Assembly: GCA_046091905.1 (NCBI GenBank) | Contig: JBJTCN010000076.1 | Span: 2,597 to 66,596 of the forward strand | Origin: Candidatus Nanopelagicaceae bacterium | GTDB lineage: Bacteria; Actinomycetota; Actinomycetes; Nanopelagicales; Nanopelagicaceae | DNA length: 64,000 bases | Reading direction: 5' to 3' | Shown: piece after piece, positions 1 through 9,756 of the stretch | Position numbering within the stretch: position 1 is the stretch's first letter | How the letters are laid out: the number at the start of each line of letters is the position of its first letter | Made by a program: the position numbers and the translations under genes | The notes under the pieces: generated by a model | Told to the model about the DNA's origin: nothing | Seen by the model: the letters and a program-made list of their open reading frames with translations, nothing else | The model's database searches: none

Positions 1-546
1 TTCCATCAAATCTGCACGAGGGTTAAAAGTTGCAATTGATCTAAACCAGACAGATACTGTTTCGCGGTAGTTGTATCCATCAGGATATTTACCAGGTAGG
101 TTTAATAAATTTATTCCGATGGTGTTATAGACACCGAGCGCTACAAGTGAACCCAGAACTAGATACATTAACTTATCGGTCTTGGTAGTAACTTGGAAAA
201 CGCGAAGCACAGTACGACGTCGATAAATCAAAATTGTCATACCGCTTACAACCATAACGCCAGCGACTGAACCAAGCGCAACTGCTACAACATGGTAAAG
301 ATGTTCGCTGATCCCAATTTTTTCAGTTAACGATGCCGGAATTACCAAGCCCATAATGTGGCCACCTAAAGCCATCAAAATTCCAATATGAAATAAGGGA
401 GATCCAATTCGAAGCAACTTTGCTTCATAGATTTGCGAAGAACGTGAAGTCCAACCATATCTATCGTATTTGTAGCGCCAAATCATTCCTACAATGAAGA
501 CCATCGTGACAATGTAAGGGCCAGAGTTCCAAAAAACTTCTAACAT
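1..546 (-). CDS. narI: Respiratory nitrate reductase gamma subunit NarI (C-terminus cut off by the window edge)
   Basis: My own minus-strand translation from the ATG at 544-546 gives MLEVFWNSGPYIVTMVFIVGMIWRYKYDRYGWTSRSSQIYEA..., a typical NarI N-terminus. It lies just downstream of narJ in narGHJI order. The frame stays open to base 1. Confidence 0.85.
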   Translation of the reverse strand, partial: MLEVFWNSGPYIVTMVFIVGMIWRYKYDRYGWTSRSSQIYEAKLLRIGSPLFHIGILMALGGHIMGLVIPASLTEKIGISEHLYHVVAVALGSVAGVMVVSGMTILIYRRRTVLRVFQVTTKTDKLMYLVLGSLVALGVYNTIGINLLNLPGKYPDGYNYRETVSVWFRSIATFNPRADLME

Positions 547-1157
547 GTCGCACCTGCCTTTGCGCTCTCACCATAAGGTGCCAGACCAACCGTTTCAGCG
601 GGTGGCCCTGATTGAATCAATTTAAGTGTTAACGGAGTTGAATCTCCCGGAATTCGATTATGAATCTCTTTGATTAAAGGTGCATAAGGAGATTTCATAT
701 CTCTAAGTGCAATCTCAAGAAGTGCGATACCGGCTTTATGCTCTTGTAATAGCGCAAAACCAGCTGGGGATGCGGTAACTGCGATAAATTCAAGCAAAAT
801 TGGAAGGTAATCATCTAGCTCTTCGCCAGATGTTGCCCAACCTTCGGCTGCAAATACTTGTTTGAAATCAAGGAGTGCCATGCCACGTCTACGGGTATCC
901 CCATTTAAATAATAAGAGAGATATAGGCAGGCGCGACGTTTGCGATCAAAGAGATTCACGTATTCAACTTGTAGATCCATAATGGATTTGCTTGAAAAGT
1001 GCGTAATTAATTGCCAGAGCACCGATTTGGTCTCAGGTGAGAATGAATCCAATTCGAATTCGATCTCTTCAAATGATTTCAACCAATCTCGTTCTGGATA
1101 TCGAAGTGCAACCGAGGCTGTTGCAAATAAGCGCCGAGTTTCTAAATCAATCATCAC
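540..1157 (-). CDS. narJ: Nitrate reductase molybdenum cofactor assembly chaperone NarJ
   Basis: 205-aa ORF between narH and narI. It has a 4-nt overlap with the narH stop. Size and position fit NarJ. Confidence 0.85.
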   Translation of the reverse strand: MMIDLETRRLFATASVALRYPERDWLKSFEEIEFELDSFSPETKSVLWQLITHFSSKSIMDLQVEYVNLFDRKRRACLYLSYYLNGDTRRRGMALLDFKQVFAAEGWATSGEELDDYLPILLEFIAVTASPAGFALLQEHKAGIALLEIALRDMKSPYAPLIKEIHNRIPGDSTPLTLKLIQSGPPAETVGLAPYGESAKAGATC

Positions 1158-2716
1158 TCGACCTCCTTATAAGTTTCAGCTGCGGCACGTCTCTTTGTCA
1201 GATGGAAAGATTCGATAGCAATCGGAACCGGCTTGCTTTCGGCAAGACCAGGTCCACCAGGGATCTCTGTGAAATCTACGCTGCAACCTGAATTCATCGC
1301 TTCTTCTAACTTATCTGCAGTCTCTTGATGAGCAGCAGGGATGACGTAACGATCTTGGTATTTTGCAATAGCCAGAAGTTTGTACATCTCATACATATCT
1401 TCTGCGCTCATGCCTACTGAATTAGGAATTTCTTCATTGAAGTCATTTCCTAAGTTGAAATCGCGCATATAAGAACGCATCGCAGCTAGTTGCTTTAGGA
1501 CTTTATCAATTACCGAAACATCGCCAGCTGACATCAAATTTGCCAAGTATTGCGCTGGAATACGTAAAGTATCGATCGCTGCAAATAGATTACTTACATC
1601 CTCTGCATCATTACCGGTGTTCTTTAGCGCATCAACTACCGGAGATAGCGGCGGGATATACCAAACCATTGGCATGGTGCGATATTCCGGATGTAGTGGC
1701 AGCGCCACCTTATATTTCTTTGCAAGTGCGTAAACAGGGGATTTCTTAGCAGCCTCTAGCCAATCTTCAGGAATGCCATCACGACGTGCTTGCGCAATGA
1801 TTTCTGGATCATTTGGATCAAGAAGTAGATCTAACTGCGCTTCATATAGATCTTTATCATCTTTAACTGATGCTGCAGCTAAAACTTTATCTGCATCATA
1901 AAGAAATAGTCCGATATAACGTAAGCGACCAACACAAGTTTCGGCGCAGACAGTTGGCTGACCAACTTCAAGACGAGGAAAACACATCGTGCATTTTTCG
2001 GCTTTGCCGCTCTTATGATTGAAATAAACCTTCTTGTAAGGGCAACCAGTAACGCACATACGCCATCCGCGGCATTTATCGCCATCGACTAGAACAATGC
2101 CATCTTCACTTCGCTTGTACATCGCGCCTGATGGACATGCGGCAACGCATGCAGGATTTAGGCAGTGTTCACAGATACGTGGCAGATAGAACATAAATGA
2201 TTTTTCGAATTCGAATTTAACTTGATCTTCAATGCCTTTAAGCATTGGATCTTTATGTCCAGTTTCGTAAGTGCCGCCAAGATCATCATCCCAGTTGGCG
2301 CTCCATTCGATTTTCATATCTTTTCCAGTAATCATCGATTTCGGACGTGCAACTGGAGTGGTATCTGTAGTTGGAGAGCTGATCAGATTGTCATAGTCAT
2401 AAGTCCATGGCTCGTAGTAATCATCAAGCCCTGGAAGTTTTGGATTGCTAAAGATTTTAGTTAGGCGATCAAATCTGCCGCCTGATTTAAGTCTTAACTT
2501 TCCATTCTTCTTAAGTTCCCAACCACCTTGCCATTGATCTTGGTTCTCGTATTGGCGCGGATATCCAACGCCAGGACGAGTTTCTACATTGTTAAACCAT
2601 ACATATTCCACGCCTTGGCGATTGGTCCAAGTCTGCTTGCAGGTAACAGAGCAGGTATGGCAACCAATGCATTTGTCGAGGTTCATCACCATTCCGATTT
2701 GAGCCATGATTCTCAT
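1154..2716 (-). CDS. narH: Respiratory nitrate reductase beta subunit NarH (Fe-S)
   Basis: N-terminus MRIMAQIGMVMNLDKCIGCHTCSVTCK, plus further Cys clusters (CEHCLNPACVAACPSGA, CRGWRMCVTGCPYKK). TAATG overlap with narG. Confidence 0.95.
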   Translation of the reverse strand: MRIMAQIGMVMNLDKCIGCHTCSVTCKQTWTNRQGVEYVWFNNVETRPGVGYPRQYENQDQWQGGWELKKNGKLRLKSGGRFDRLTKIFSNPKLPGLDDYYEPWTYDYDNLISSPTTDTTPVARPKSMITGKDMKIEWSANWDDDLGGTYETGHKDPMLKGIEDQVKFEFEKSFMFYLPRICEHCLNPACVAACPSGAMYKRSEDGIVLVDGDKCRGWRMCVTGCPYKKVYFNHKSGKAEKCTMCFPRLEVGQPTVCAETCVGRLRYIGLFLYDADKVLAAASVKDDKDLYEAQLDLLLDPNDPEIIAQARRDGIPEDWLEAAKKSPVYALAKKYKVALPLHPEYRTMPMVWYIPPLSPVVDALKNTGNDAEDVSNLFAAIDTLRIPAQYLANLMSAGDVSVIDKVLKQLAAMRSYMRDFNLGNDFNEEIPNSVGMSAEDMYEMYKLLAIAKYQDRYVIPAAHQETADKLEEAMNSGCSVDFTEIPGGPGLAESKPVPIAIESFHLTKRRAAAETYKEVE

Positions 2717-5700
2717 TAGTAAGTAACCTCCTGTGAACGGCGACGGATAACTGTGACTTCATCACGTTGATTTCCGGTTGGACCGTAGTAATTAAATCCA
2801 TATGAAAGTTGTGCATAACCACCAATTAAGTGCGATGGTTTTAGAAGTAAACGAGTTAAAGAGTTATGAATTCCACCGCGCTTACCGGTTGCTTCAACTC
2901 TTGGAACATCGATGGTGCGATCTTTTGCGTGGTACATGTAGACCAAACCTTCTGGCATACGGTGTGACACCACTGCGCGAGCTACGACAACACCGTTGCG
3001 ATTTACCGCTTCGATCCAATCGTTATCTTTAACGCCAATTTTTTCAGCATCTTCAACGCTCATCCAAATATCTGGTCCGCCACGAGATAGCGCCAACATA
3101 AATAAGTTATCTTGATATTCAGAGTGGATGGACCACTTTGAATGTGGCGTTAAATATCGAACTGCAATACCTAGCTCATCTTGCGCGCCAATCTTTGGAT
3201 AGTTAGATAATGTTGTTAAATTCAATGGAGGCCGGAAGATAGGCATCTGTTCGCCTAGCTCCGACATCCATTGATGATCAAGGAAGAAATGTTGACGCCC
3301 AGTCAATGTATGCCAAGGCTTCAAACGCTCCACGTTGATAGTGAACGGAGAGTATCGACGACCACCGTGTTCACTTCCTGACCACTCCCATGAAGTAATC
3401 ACGCCTTGCGGACGTGATTGAGTATCGGCAAAAGTTATTTGTTTGCCTTCATTATCAAGCGCTAGATCGGCAAGTTTCTGACCGGTGCGCTTCTCTAACT
3501 CTCTAAAGCCAGCAACTGCTACATGGCCATTAGATACACCTGATAACGCCAGAATTGTTTCGCAAGCTTGTTCGGCAGTTTGAAGCAGTGGTCGACCCGC
3601 TGTCAGTGGTTCATGCGAAACACCATTGATATTCTTTAAGTATTCGACTGCCTGACCCTGCTTAAGAGTTACTCCTTTAACTACAGTTCCTAAATTCTCT
3701 ACATTAGGCCCAAGGGTCTGCATCTTCTGTGCAATTGCACTGTAATCACGTTCTACAGTTACAAGTGTTGGCATAGTCTTACCTGGAATTGGTTCACATT
3801 CGCCGAGCTTCCAATCTTTTACAATTCCAAAAGGTTGAGCAGCTTCAGTTGGAGTGTCATGTTGTAGCGGTAGCGCGACGATATCGCTCTGAGTTCCCAA
3901 ATGTTTCTGCGCTAAATGGCTAAAGACTTGAGACATCTTCATAAATGCGTCGTAATCTGTTCGTGCTTGCCAAGGTGGATTGATAGCGGCATTAAATGCA
4001 TGAATAAATGGATGCATATCTGTTGAAGAGAGATCGTACTTCTCATACCAAGTTGCAGCCGGAAGTAAAATATCTGAGAAGAGGCCGGTGCTGGTCATAC
4101 GAAAATCAAGTGAGACCAGCAGATCTAATTTTCCGGTTGGTGCCTCATCGTGCCACTTCATCTCTTTTGGTCGCTTCTCTACCGGAGTCTCTGGTCCGCT
4201 CTGTGCACCTTCAACTCCAAGTAAATGATGTAGGAAATATTCATTTCCCTTTCCGGATGAACCAAGCAAATTAGCGCGCCATACAGTTAATACGCGCGGA
4301 AAGTTAATTGGATTATCAGGATCAGCAACTGCGAAATCTAAAGAACCATCTTTAAGAGATTGGACAACATAATCTTTTGGATCCTTACCTTGTTCTTTAG
4401 CTTCTTTAACAATTGTTAATGGATTCTTATTAAAGGTAGGAAATGATGGCGTCCAACCCATTCGAGTTGCTTTAACTAAAGTATCGGCCATCGAAGTTTT
4501 ACTTAATGTGCCGCGGGAAAGTGGCGAAGTCAGCTCTTCTGCGCCCCATGCGTCATAACGCCATTGATCAGTAGCTAAATACCAGTAAGAAGTACCGGCC
4601 ATCTGGCGAGGTGGACGAGACCAATCTGCGCCAAATGCCAATTGCGCCCATCCGGTAAATGGTCGAGCTTTCTCTTGGCCAACATAGTGCGCCCAACCGC
4701 CACCATTTTTACCTTGGCAACCAGTTAATAAAACTAAAGAAATGATTGCGCGATAGATGGTATCTGAGTGATACCAGTGATTGGTTCCTGCTCCCAATGT
4801 AATCATCGAACGTCCGCCAGAATCCTTTGCATTCTGGGCAAATTCACGTGCAATTCTTTCAACAGTTGCAGCGCTCACCGAAGTAATTTCCTCTTGCCAA
4901 GCTGGGGTATAAAGTGAAGTGGCATCTTCATACGAAGTTGGCCATTCACCAGGCAGACCGTCTCTTCCAACTCCGTATTGGGCAAGGATTAAATCATAAA
5001 CAGTAGTAACTAAATGGCTACCAATTTTTCTTGTTGGTACGCCACGATTGATTATCTCTTCCTTTTCATCAAATCTAGGAAGCGAGATTGCATGGAATTC
5101 ACCATCGTTATAGAAAGATAACTTTGGATCTCTACCTTCTAAATCTAAATTCCACTTACCCATTCCCACTTCGGTATGTCGATCACCAATAGTGCCATTT
5201 GGAATAAATACTTCGTTAGAAGAGCTATCTACCAACAGTGGTTTCCATTCAGATGAATCAACTTCCATACCCAAATCAGATGCGGTTAAGAATCGATCAG
5301 GTGTTAACTTTCCATTAATTTCAGTTAGTGAAACCAAGAATGGTAGATCGGTAAATTTCTTTGAATAATCTAGAAACTCTGGAGTCTCTTTATCAACGTA
5401 GAATTCTTTAAGAATCACGTGACCCATAGCCATCGCAAGCGCGCCATCTGTTCCAGGCTGAGCAGGTAACCACTCATCAGCAAACTTGGTGTTATCTGCA
5501 TAATCTGGGCTGACAGATACGACTTTTTGCCCTTTATATCTAGCTTCAGTCATGAAGTGCGCATCTGGTGTTCTCGTCGTTGGGATATTAGAACCCCACA
5601 TAATTAAATAGGAAGCGTTCCACCAATCTGCAGATTCAGGAACATCTGTTTGATCTCCCCAAATTTGTGGTGATGCAATTGGTAGATCGCAATACCAATC

Positions 5701-6387
5701 ATAAAAACTTAACATCGTGCCGCCGATTAATGATGTGTAACGGGCACCGGCAGCATGCGATGCCATTGACATCGCAGGAATTGGTGAGAAACCTGCAACA
5801 CGGTCAGGACCAAATTCCTTAATTGTATGAACTTGAGCAGCTGCAACAATTTCTAGCGCTTCATCCCAAGTTGCGCGAACAAATCCGCCTTTACCTCGAA
5901 GCGATTTATAAGTTTTAGAAACTTCTTTATTTTCAATAATTATCGCCCAGGCATCAACCGGATCTCCGCCCACTGCAACTTTTGCTTTACGGTATGCGTC
6001 AAGTAAAAATCCGCGAATATATGGATAACGAATTCGAGTAGGAGAGTAGGTATACCAAGAGAAAGCTGCACCGCGAGGACATCCACGAGGTTCGTATTCA
6101 GGTGATTCAGCGCCTATTGATGGGTAATCAGTCTGTTGTGTTTCCCAAGTAATAACGCCATCTTTTACATAAACTTTCCAAGAACATGATCCGGTGCAAT
6201 TAACTCCGTGTGTTGATCTAACAATTTTGTCATGTGACCAACGTTCGCGATAGAAAGAATCGCTATCTCTTCCGCCTTCATAAAATACAGCGCGATGATC
6301 TTCTGAAATTTTACTTTTCGAAAGAAATGATCTGGTCGAAATTAAGTAATCGATAAAAGAATCGTCTGCTAACTGTTTCTTGCTCAT
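2716..6387 (-). CDS. narG: Respiratory nitrate reductase alpha subunit NarG (molybdopterin)
   Basis: 1223 aa. N-terminal FS0 motif HGVNCTGSCSWKVYVKDG. Length and overall architecture fit NarG. Confidence 0.95.
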   Translation of the reverse strand: MSKKQLADDSFIDYLISTRSFLSKSKISEDHRAVFYEGGRDSDSFYRERWSHDKIVRSTHGVNCTGSCSWKVYVKDGVITWETQQTDYPSIGAESPEYEPRGCPRGAAFSWYTYSPTRIRYPYIRGFLLDAYRKAKVAVGGDPVDAWAIIIENKEVSKTYKSLRGKGGFVRATWDEALEIVAAAQVHTIKEFGPDRVAGFSPIPAMSMASHAAGARYTSLIGGTMLSFYDWYCDLPIASPQIWGDQTDVPESADWWNASYLIMWGSNIPTTRTPDAHFMTEARYKGQKVVSVSPDYADNTKFADEWLPAQPGTDGALAMAMGHVILKEFYVDKETPEFLDYSKKFTDLPFLVSLTEINGKLTPDRFLTASDLGMEVDSSEWKPLLVDSSSNEVFIPNGTIGDRHTEVGMGKWNLDLEGRDPKLSFYNDGEFHAISLPRFDEKEEIINRGVPTRKIGSHLVTTVYDLILAQYGVGRDGLPGEWPTSYEDATSLYTPAWQEEITSVSAATVERIAREFAQNAKDSGGRSMITLGAGTNHWYHSDTIYRAIISLVLLTGCQGKNGGGWAHYVGQEKARPFTGWAQLAFGADWSRPPRQMAGTSYWYLATDQWRYDAWGAEELTSPLSRGTLSKTSMADTLVKATRMGWTPSFPTFNKNPLTIVKEAKEQGKDPKDYVVQSLKDGSLDFAVADPDNPINFPRVLTVWRANLLGSSGKGNEYFLHHLLGVEGAQSGPETPVEKRPKEMKWHDEAPTGKLDLLVSLDFRMTSTGLFSDILLPAATWYEKYDLSSTDMHPFIHAFNAAINPPWQARTDYDAFMKMSQVFSHLAQKHLGTQSDIVALPLQHDTPTEAAQPFGIVKDWKLGECEPIPGKTMPTLVTVERDYSAIAQKMQTLGPNVENLGTVVKGVTLKQGQAVEYLKNINGVSHEPLTAGRPLLQTAEQACETILALSGVSNGHVAVAGFRELEKRTGQKLADLALDNEGKQITFADTQSRPQGVITSWEWSGSEHGGRRYSPFTINVERLKPWHTLTGRQHFFLDHQWMSELGEQMPIFRPPLNLTTLSNYPKIGAQDELGIAVRYLTPHSKWSIHSEYQDNLFMLALSRGGPDIWMSVEDAEKIGVKDNDWIEAVNRNGVVVARAVVSHRMPEGLVYMYHAKDRTIDVPRVEATGKRGGIHNSLTRLLLKPSHLIGGYAQLSYGFNYYGPTGNQRDEVTVIRRRSQEVTY

Positions 6388-6444
6388 GAGTGCTACCTCT
6401 CTACTGCCCTGTAACTAATCATCTCGCTACGCAGAAAAAAGTAA

Positions 6445-6464
6445 GTAGGGTCTTTAGTCCCTAT
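6445..6464. promoter_or_regulatory. DosR/DevR-like palindromic box in the divergent narG / narK promoter region
   Basis: GTAGGGTCTTTAGTCCCTAT matches the mycobacterial DosR consensus TTSGGGACTWWAGTCCCSAA at 15/20 positions, and at 13/14 in the core. It lies 58-77 nt upstream of the narG ATG and 81-100 nt upstream of the narK ATG. Confidence 0.5.
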
Positions 6465-6544
6465 TTCGCCAGACCTCTATTGACCCATACTCCAACATAA
6501 TTCAATCAATCAACTTTCAATTAACTTTGAACTCGGAGCCCACA

Positions 6545-7855
6545 ATGAGCGAAAAGCGTGAGCAAAACTCAGTACTCACATTGAGTTTTATAGCGTTTAC
6601 TTTGATGTTTGCAGTTTGGCTCGAATTTGGCATTCTTGCAATTCCAATTCAAAAAGAATTTGGTTTAAGTGATACACAGTTCTATTGGTTAACTGCGTTA
6701 CCAGTATTGAACGGATCAATTTGGCGTTTATTTACTGGAATTTGGGCAGATAAATACGGCGGTCGCAAAGTAATGATGACTTTATTGTTGTTATCTGCAA
6801 TCCCAACTGCACTGTTAACTCGTGTTCACGATGTAACAGCTCTTTTTATTTTAGCTTTTCTAATTGGTATTGCCGGAAATTCATTTAGCGCAGGTATTGC
6901 ATGGAATAGCGCCTGGTTTCCTAGAGAGCATCAAGGATTTGCACTAGGTGTATTTGGCGCCGGAAATGTTGGAGCATCTGTAACAAAGTTAATTGGCCCA
7001 GCAATAATTTCCGGAACCGCAGGAGCGGTATACCTTGGAGGTTTAGCTACCGGTGGGTGGCGCTTGGTACCGGCGATCTACACAGCGCTTTTAGTAATTA
7101 TGGCGATTGCCATATTTCTATTTACTCCGCGCCAGGATCGGATGCCAGGTTCTTCGGTTCCACTTAAAGAACAACTAGAACCGCTAAAAGAGATTCGTGT
7201 TTGGCGATTCTCGCTTTATTACACCGTGGTATTTGGGGCATATGTATCGCTCTCATCCATGTTGCCCAAATATTATGAAGCGGTATTTGGTGTAGAACTA
7301 TGGAAAGCAGCGTTATTAACCGCTCTATTTATATTTCCGGCTTCTCTACTTAGACCACTTGGTGGATCGCTATCTGACCACTTTGGAGCACGAAGAGTTA
7401 TGTATTGGACTTTCGGGGTAATGCTTTTAAGTAGCGGAATTTTGATGATGCCGCAAGGACACATAATTGTTGAGGTAACTAAAGAGAAATCACCAAGTGG
7501 TGTGGTTGAAGTTCTGCCGTGGCATGTAAATATCGTGATGTTTACTCTGCTAACAATTCTCCTTGGTTGCGCGATGGGAATTGGCAAAGCTGCAGTCTTT
7601 AAACATATACCTGAATATTTTCCGACCCACGTTGGATCAGTTGGCGGATTAGTTGGCATGTTAGGTGCACTTGGTGGCTTCTTCTTACTTCCTATCTTCG
7701 GTTACACCCAGAGTTTCACCGGGATTAGATCTTCGCCATTTGCAGTCCTTTTCGTACTTACCCTCATCTGTTTAATCTGGATGCATTTGGTTGTGATGCA
7801 TATTTTGCAGAAGAGTTCCCCAAACCTTTTACATATTTTTGAAAGAAAACATTAG
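6545..7855 (+). CDS. narK: MFS nitrate/nitrite transporter (NarK family), copy 1
   Basis: Multi-TM MFS protein divergent from narG. I prefer the ATG at 6545 (MSEKREQ..., GGAG a few nt upstream) over the TTG at 6527 given in the ORF track. Confidence 0.85.
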   Translation: MSEKREQNSVLTLSFIAFTLMFAVWLEFGILAIPIQKEFGLSDTQFYWLTALPVLNGSIWRLFTGIWADKYGGRKVMMTLLLLSAIPTALLTRVHDVTALFILAFLIGIAGNSFSAGIAWNSAWFPREHQGFALGVFGAGNVGASVTKLIGPAIISGTAGAVYLGGLATGGWRLVPAIYTALLVIMAIAIFLFTPRQDRMPGSSVPLKEQLEPLKEIRVWRFSLYYTVVFGAYVSLSSMLPKYYEAVFGVELWKAALLTALFIFPASLLRPLGGSLSDHFGARRVMYWTFGVMLLSSGILMMPQGHIIVEVTKEKSPSGVVEVLPWHVNIVMFTLLTILLGCAMGIGKAAVFKHIPEYFPTHVGSVGGLVGMLGALGGFFLLPIFGYTQSFTGIRSSPFAVLFVLTLICLIWMHLVVMHILQKSSPNLLHIFERKH

Positions 7856-7864
7856 GAGCAGATA

Positions 7865-9253
7865 ATGAATCAAAAGAAAAGTAATCGTTGGCTAGATGGT
7901 TGGCATCCAGAAGAAGGAAACTGGGATCCCAAACTTGCACATATGACGGGAATGATTACCACTTTCAATCTGGGCTTAGCTTTTGCTACCTGGTTTCTTG
8001 CCAGTGCGCTGGCTCCTAAATTACAAGGTTTAGGTTTTACTTTAAGTAAGAGCGAGCTCTATTGGATCACGGCAATGCCTGGATTAGCAGGTGGACTACT
8101 CCGTTTAGTGTGGATGTTCTTGCCGCCTATTTTTGGTACTCGTAAATTGGTAACTTTCACAACGCTCTTACTATTAATTCCATTAGTTGGCTGGGGTATG
8201 GCAGTCCAAGATCCAAATACCAGCTACAAACACTTCTTATTGCTGGCATTCTTATCTGGCATTGGTGGCGGGGCTTTCTCTGGATTTATGCCAAGTACTT
8301 CCTACTTCTTCCCGAAGCGATTGCAGGGAACCACATTAGGTTTGCAAGCTGGTTTAGGTAATTTTGGCGTGAGCTTTGTACAGTTCTTAACCCCTTGGAT
8401 TGTGGGCTTCTCACTCGTTGGAATTATGGGACCTGCTAGAAAATTTACCAACCCAGTAAATGGAGTGGTCTCTGATGCTTGGTATCAAAATGCAGCTTAT
8501 GTATATGTTCCATTTGTAATTATTGGTGCAATTCTTGCTTGGACTGTTTTAAAGAGCGTTCCAGTTACTGCAAATTTCAAAAAGCAGATGGATATTTTTA
8601 AGAATGTAGATACGCTTTGGATGACGCTTCTATATGTAATGACCTTCGGAATTTTCTCTGGCTTCTCTGCACAATTTGGTCTATTGATTAAAAATATTTT
8701 CGGCGCAGGAAATGGCAAGATTGTCGAAGTTGCCGATGGAGTAAATAATCTATTAGTTGCTGGTTACACAATTCCAGATGTTGCCAAATATGCATTCCTT
8801 GGACCATTAGTTGGAGCAGGAGCTCGAATTGCATTTGCACCACTTACAGATAAATTCGGTGGCGCACCTTGGACCTTAATCTCATCTGTCGGTTTATTCT
8901 CTTCAATTCTATTTACCGCACAACATGTAAGCCCTGATGTATCTCTTGGCTCAACATATCTAACTAGTGAATTCCACTCATTTCTCTACGGAATGATTGC
9001 AATCTTCTTCTTTGCAGGTATCGGAAACGCTTCGACCTTTAAACAGATGCCAATGATCTTCGAACCGCGACAGGCAGGTGGAGTAATTGGCTGGGTCTCA
9101 GCTATCGCTGCATTTGGTCCATTCCTATTTGGAATTGGCTTAGTGGCATTTTCTCCATACCAATTCCAAATAGGTCTCTCAGGGTATGTAGCCCTCTGCT
9201 TCTTAATAACCTGGTTTAGATATGCAAAACCAGGAGCTGCCAAAAAGTCCTAG
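7865..9253 (+). CDS. narK: MFS nitrate/nitrite transporter (NarK family), copy 2
   Basis: 462-aa multi-TM MFS protein starting 9 nt after copy 1, with AGGAG upstream of the ATG. This tandem NarK1/NarK2 arrangement is common next to nar operons. Confidence 0.85.
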   Translation: MNQKKSNRWLDGWHPEEGNWDPKLAHMTGMITTFNLGLAFATWFLASALAPKLQGLGFTLSKSELYWITAMPGLAGGLLRLVWMFLPPIFGTRKLVTFTTLLLLIPLVGWGMAVQDPNTSYKHFLLLAFLSGIGGGAFSGFMPSTSYFFPKRLQGTTLGLQAGLGNFGVSFVQFLTPWIVGFSLVGIMGPARKFTNPVNGVVSDAWYQNAAYVYVPFVIIGAILAWTVLKSVPVTANFKKQMDIFKNVDTLWMTLLYVMTFGIFSGFSAQFGLLIKNIFGAGNGKIVEVADGVNNLLVAGYTIPDVAKYAFLGPLVGAGARIAFAPLTDKFGGAPWTLISSVGLFSSILFTAQHVSPDVSLGSTYLTSEFHSFLYGMIAIFFFAGIGNASTFKQMPMIFEPRQAGGVIGWVSAIAAFGPFLFGIGLVAFSPYQFQIGLSGYVALCFLITWFRYAKPGAAKKS

Positions 9254-9281
9254 AAGTCCTAAAAGTCTTAGAGGCGCAAAT

Positions 9282-9314
9282 AGTTGGCGATTAGGCGATT
9301 TCTAATCGCCAACT
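9282..9314 (+). terminator. 12-bp perfect hairpin after narK2 and 13 nt before the fur-family gene (terminator and/or operator)
   Basis: AGTTGGCGATTA-(9 nt)-TAATCGCCAACT, followed by TAAAATTAT. Confidence 0.45.
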
Positions 9315-9326
9315 TAAAATTATGCT

Positions 9327-9734
9327 ATGGCTGGAAAACACGAACTACATCAAAAGGGCTTACGCCTTACCCCGCAACGTGAATTGGTACTTGCAGCAGT
9401 TCGCGAACTTGGCCACTCCGCACCAGAAGCAATTGCTGAACATGTGCGCAAAACACATCCCGGCATCAATCTTTCAACGGTTTATCGCAACTTAGAAACT
9501 CTGGAAAATGTGGGGTTAGTACAACACACACATTTAGGACACGGTAGCGCGACTTATCATGCATCAGAAGAGTTAAATCACCTGCACTTAGTCTGCGAAA
9601 ATTGCGGAGAAATTGGTAATGCACCGCTAGAAGTTGCAGCGCAATTTGTGCAAGCGCTCTCAGATGATTACGGTTTTAGAACCGATGTTTCACACTTCGC
9701 AATTAGCGGGCTGTGCAGTAATTGCTATAAGTAA
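9327..9734 (+). CDS. Fur-family metalloregulator (metal specificity not determinable)
   Basis: 135 aa. Winged-helix region LTPQRELVL...STVYRNLETL, C-terminal CENC...CSNC pairs, and an HLGHG His cluster. Confidence 0.8.
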   Translation: MAGKHELHQKGLRLTPQRELVLAAVRELGHSAPEAIAEHVRKTHPGINLSTVYRNLETLENVGLVQHTHLGHGSATYHASEELNHLHLVCENCGEIGNAPLEVAAQFVQALSDDYGFRTDVSHFAISGLCSNCYK

Positions 9735-9756
9735 TCACAGATAACTGCAATCAATA

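Noticed and set aside
6388-6544. An FNR/CRP-type site (TTGAT-N4-ATCAA or TGTGA-N6-TCACA) in the nar control region.
   Set aside because: No acceptable match was found by eye. Only the DosR-like palindrome stands out.
9327-9734. Calling the Fur-family regulator Nur (nickel, controlling sodN) or Zur.
   Set aside because: Metal specificity cannot be read from the sequence by eye, and no Nur or Zur box was recognised near sodN or elsewhere in the window.
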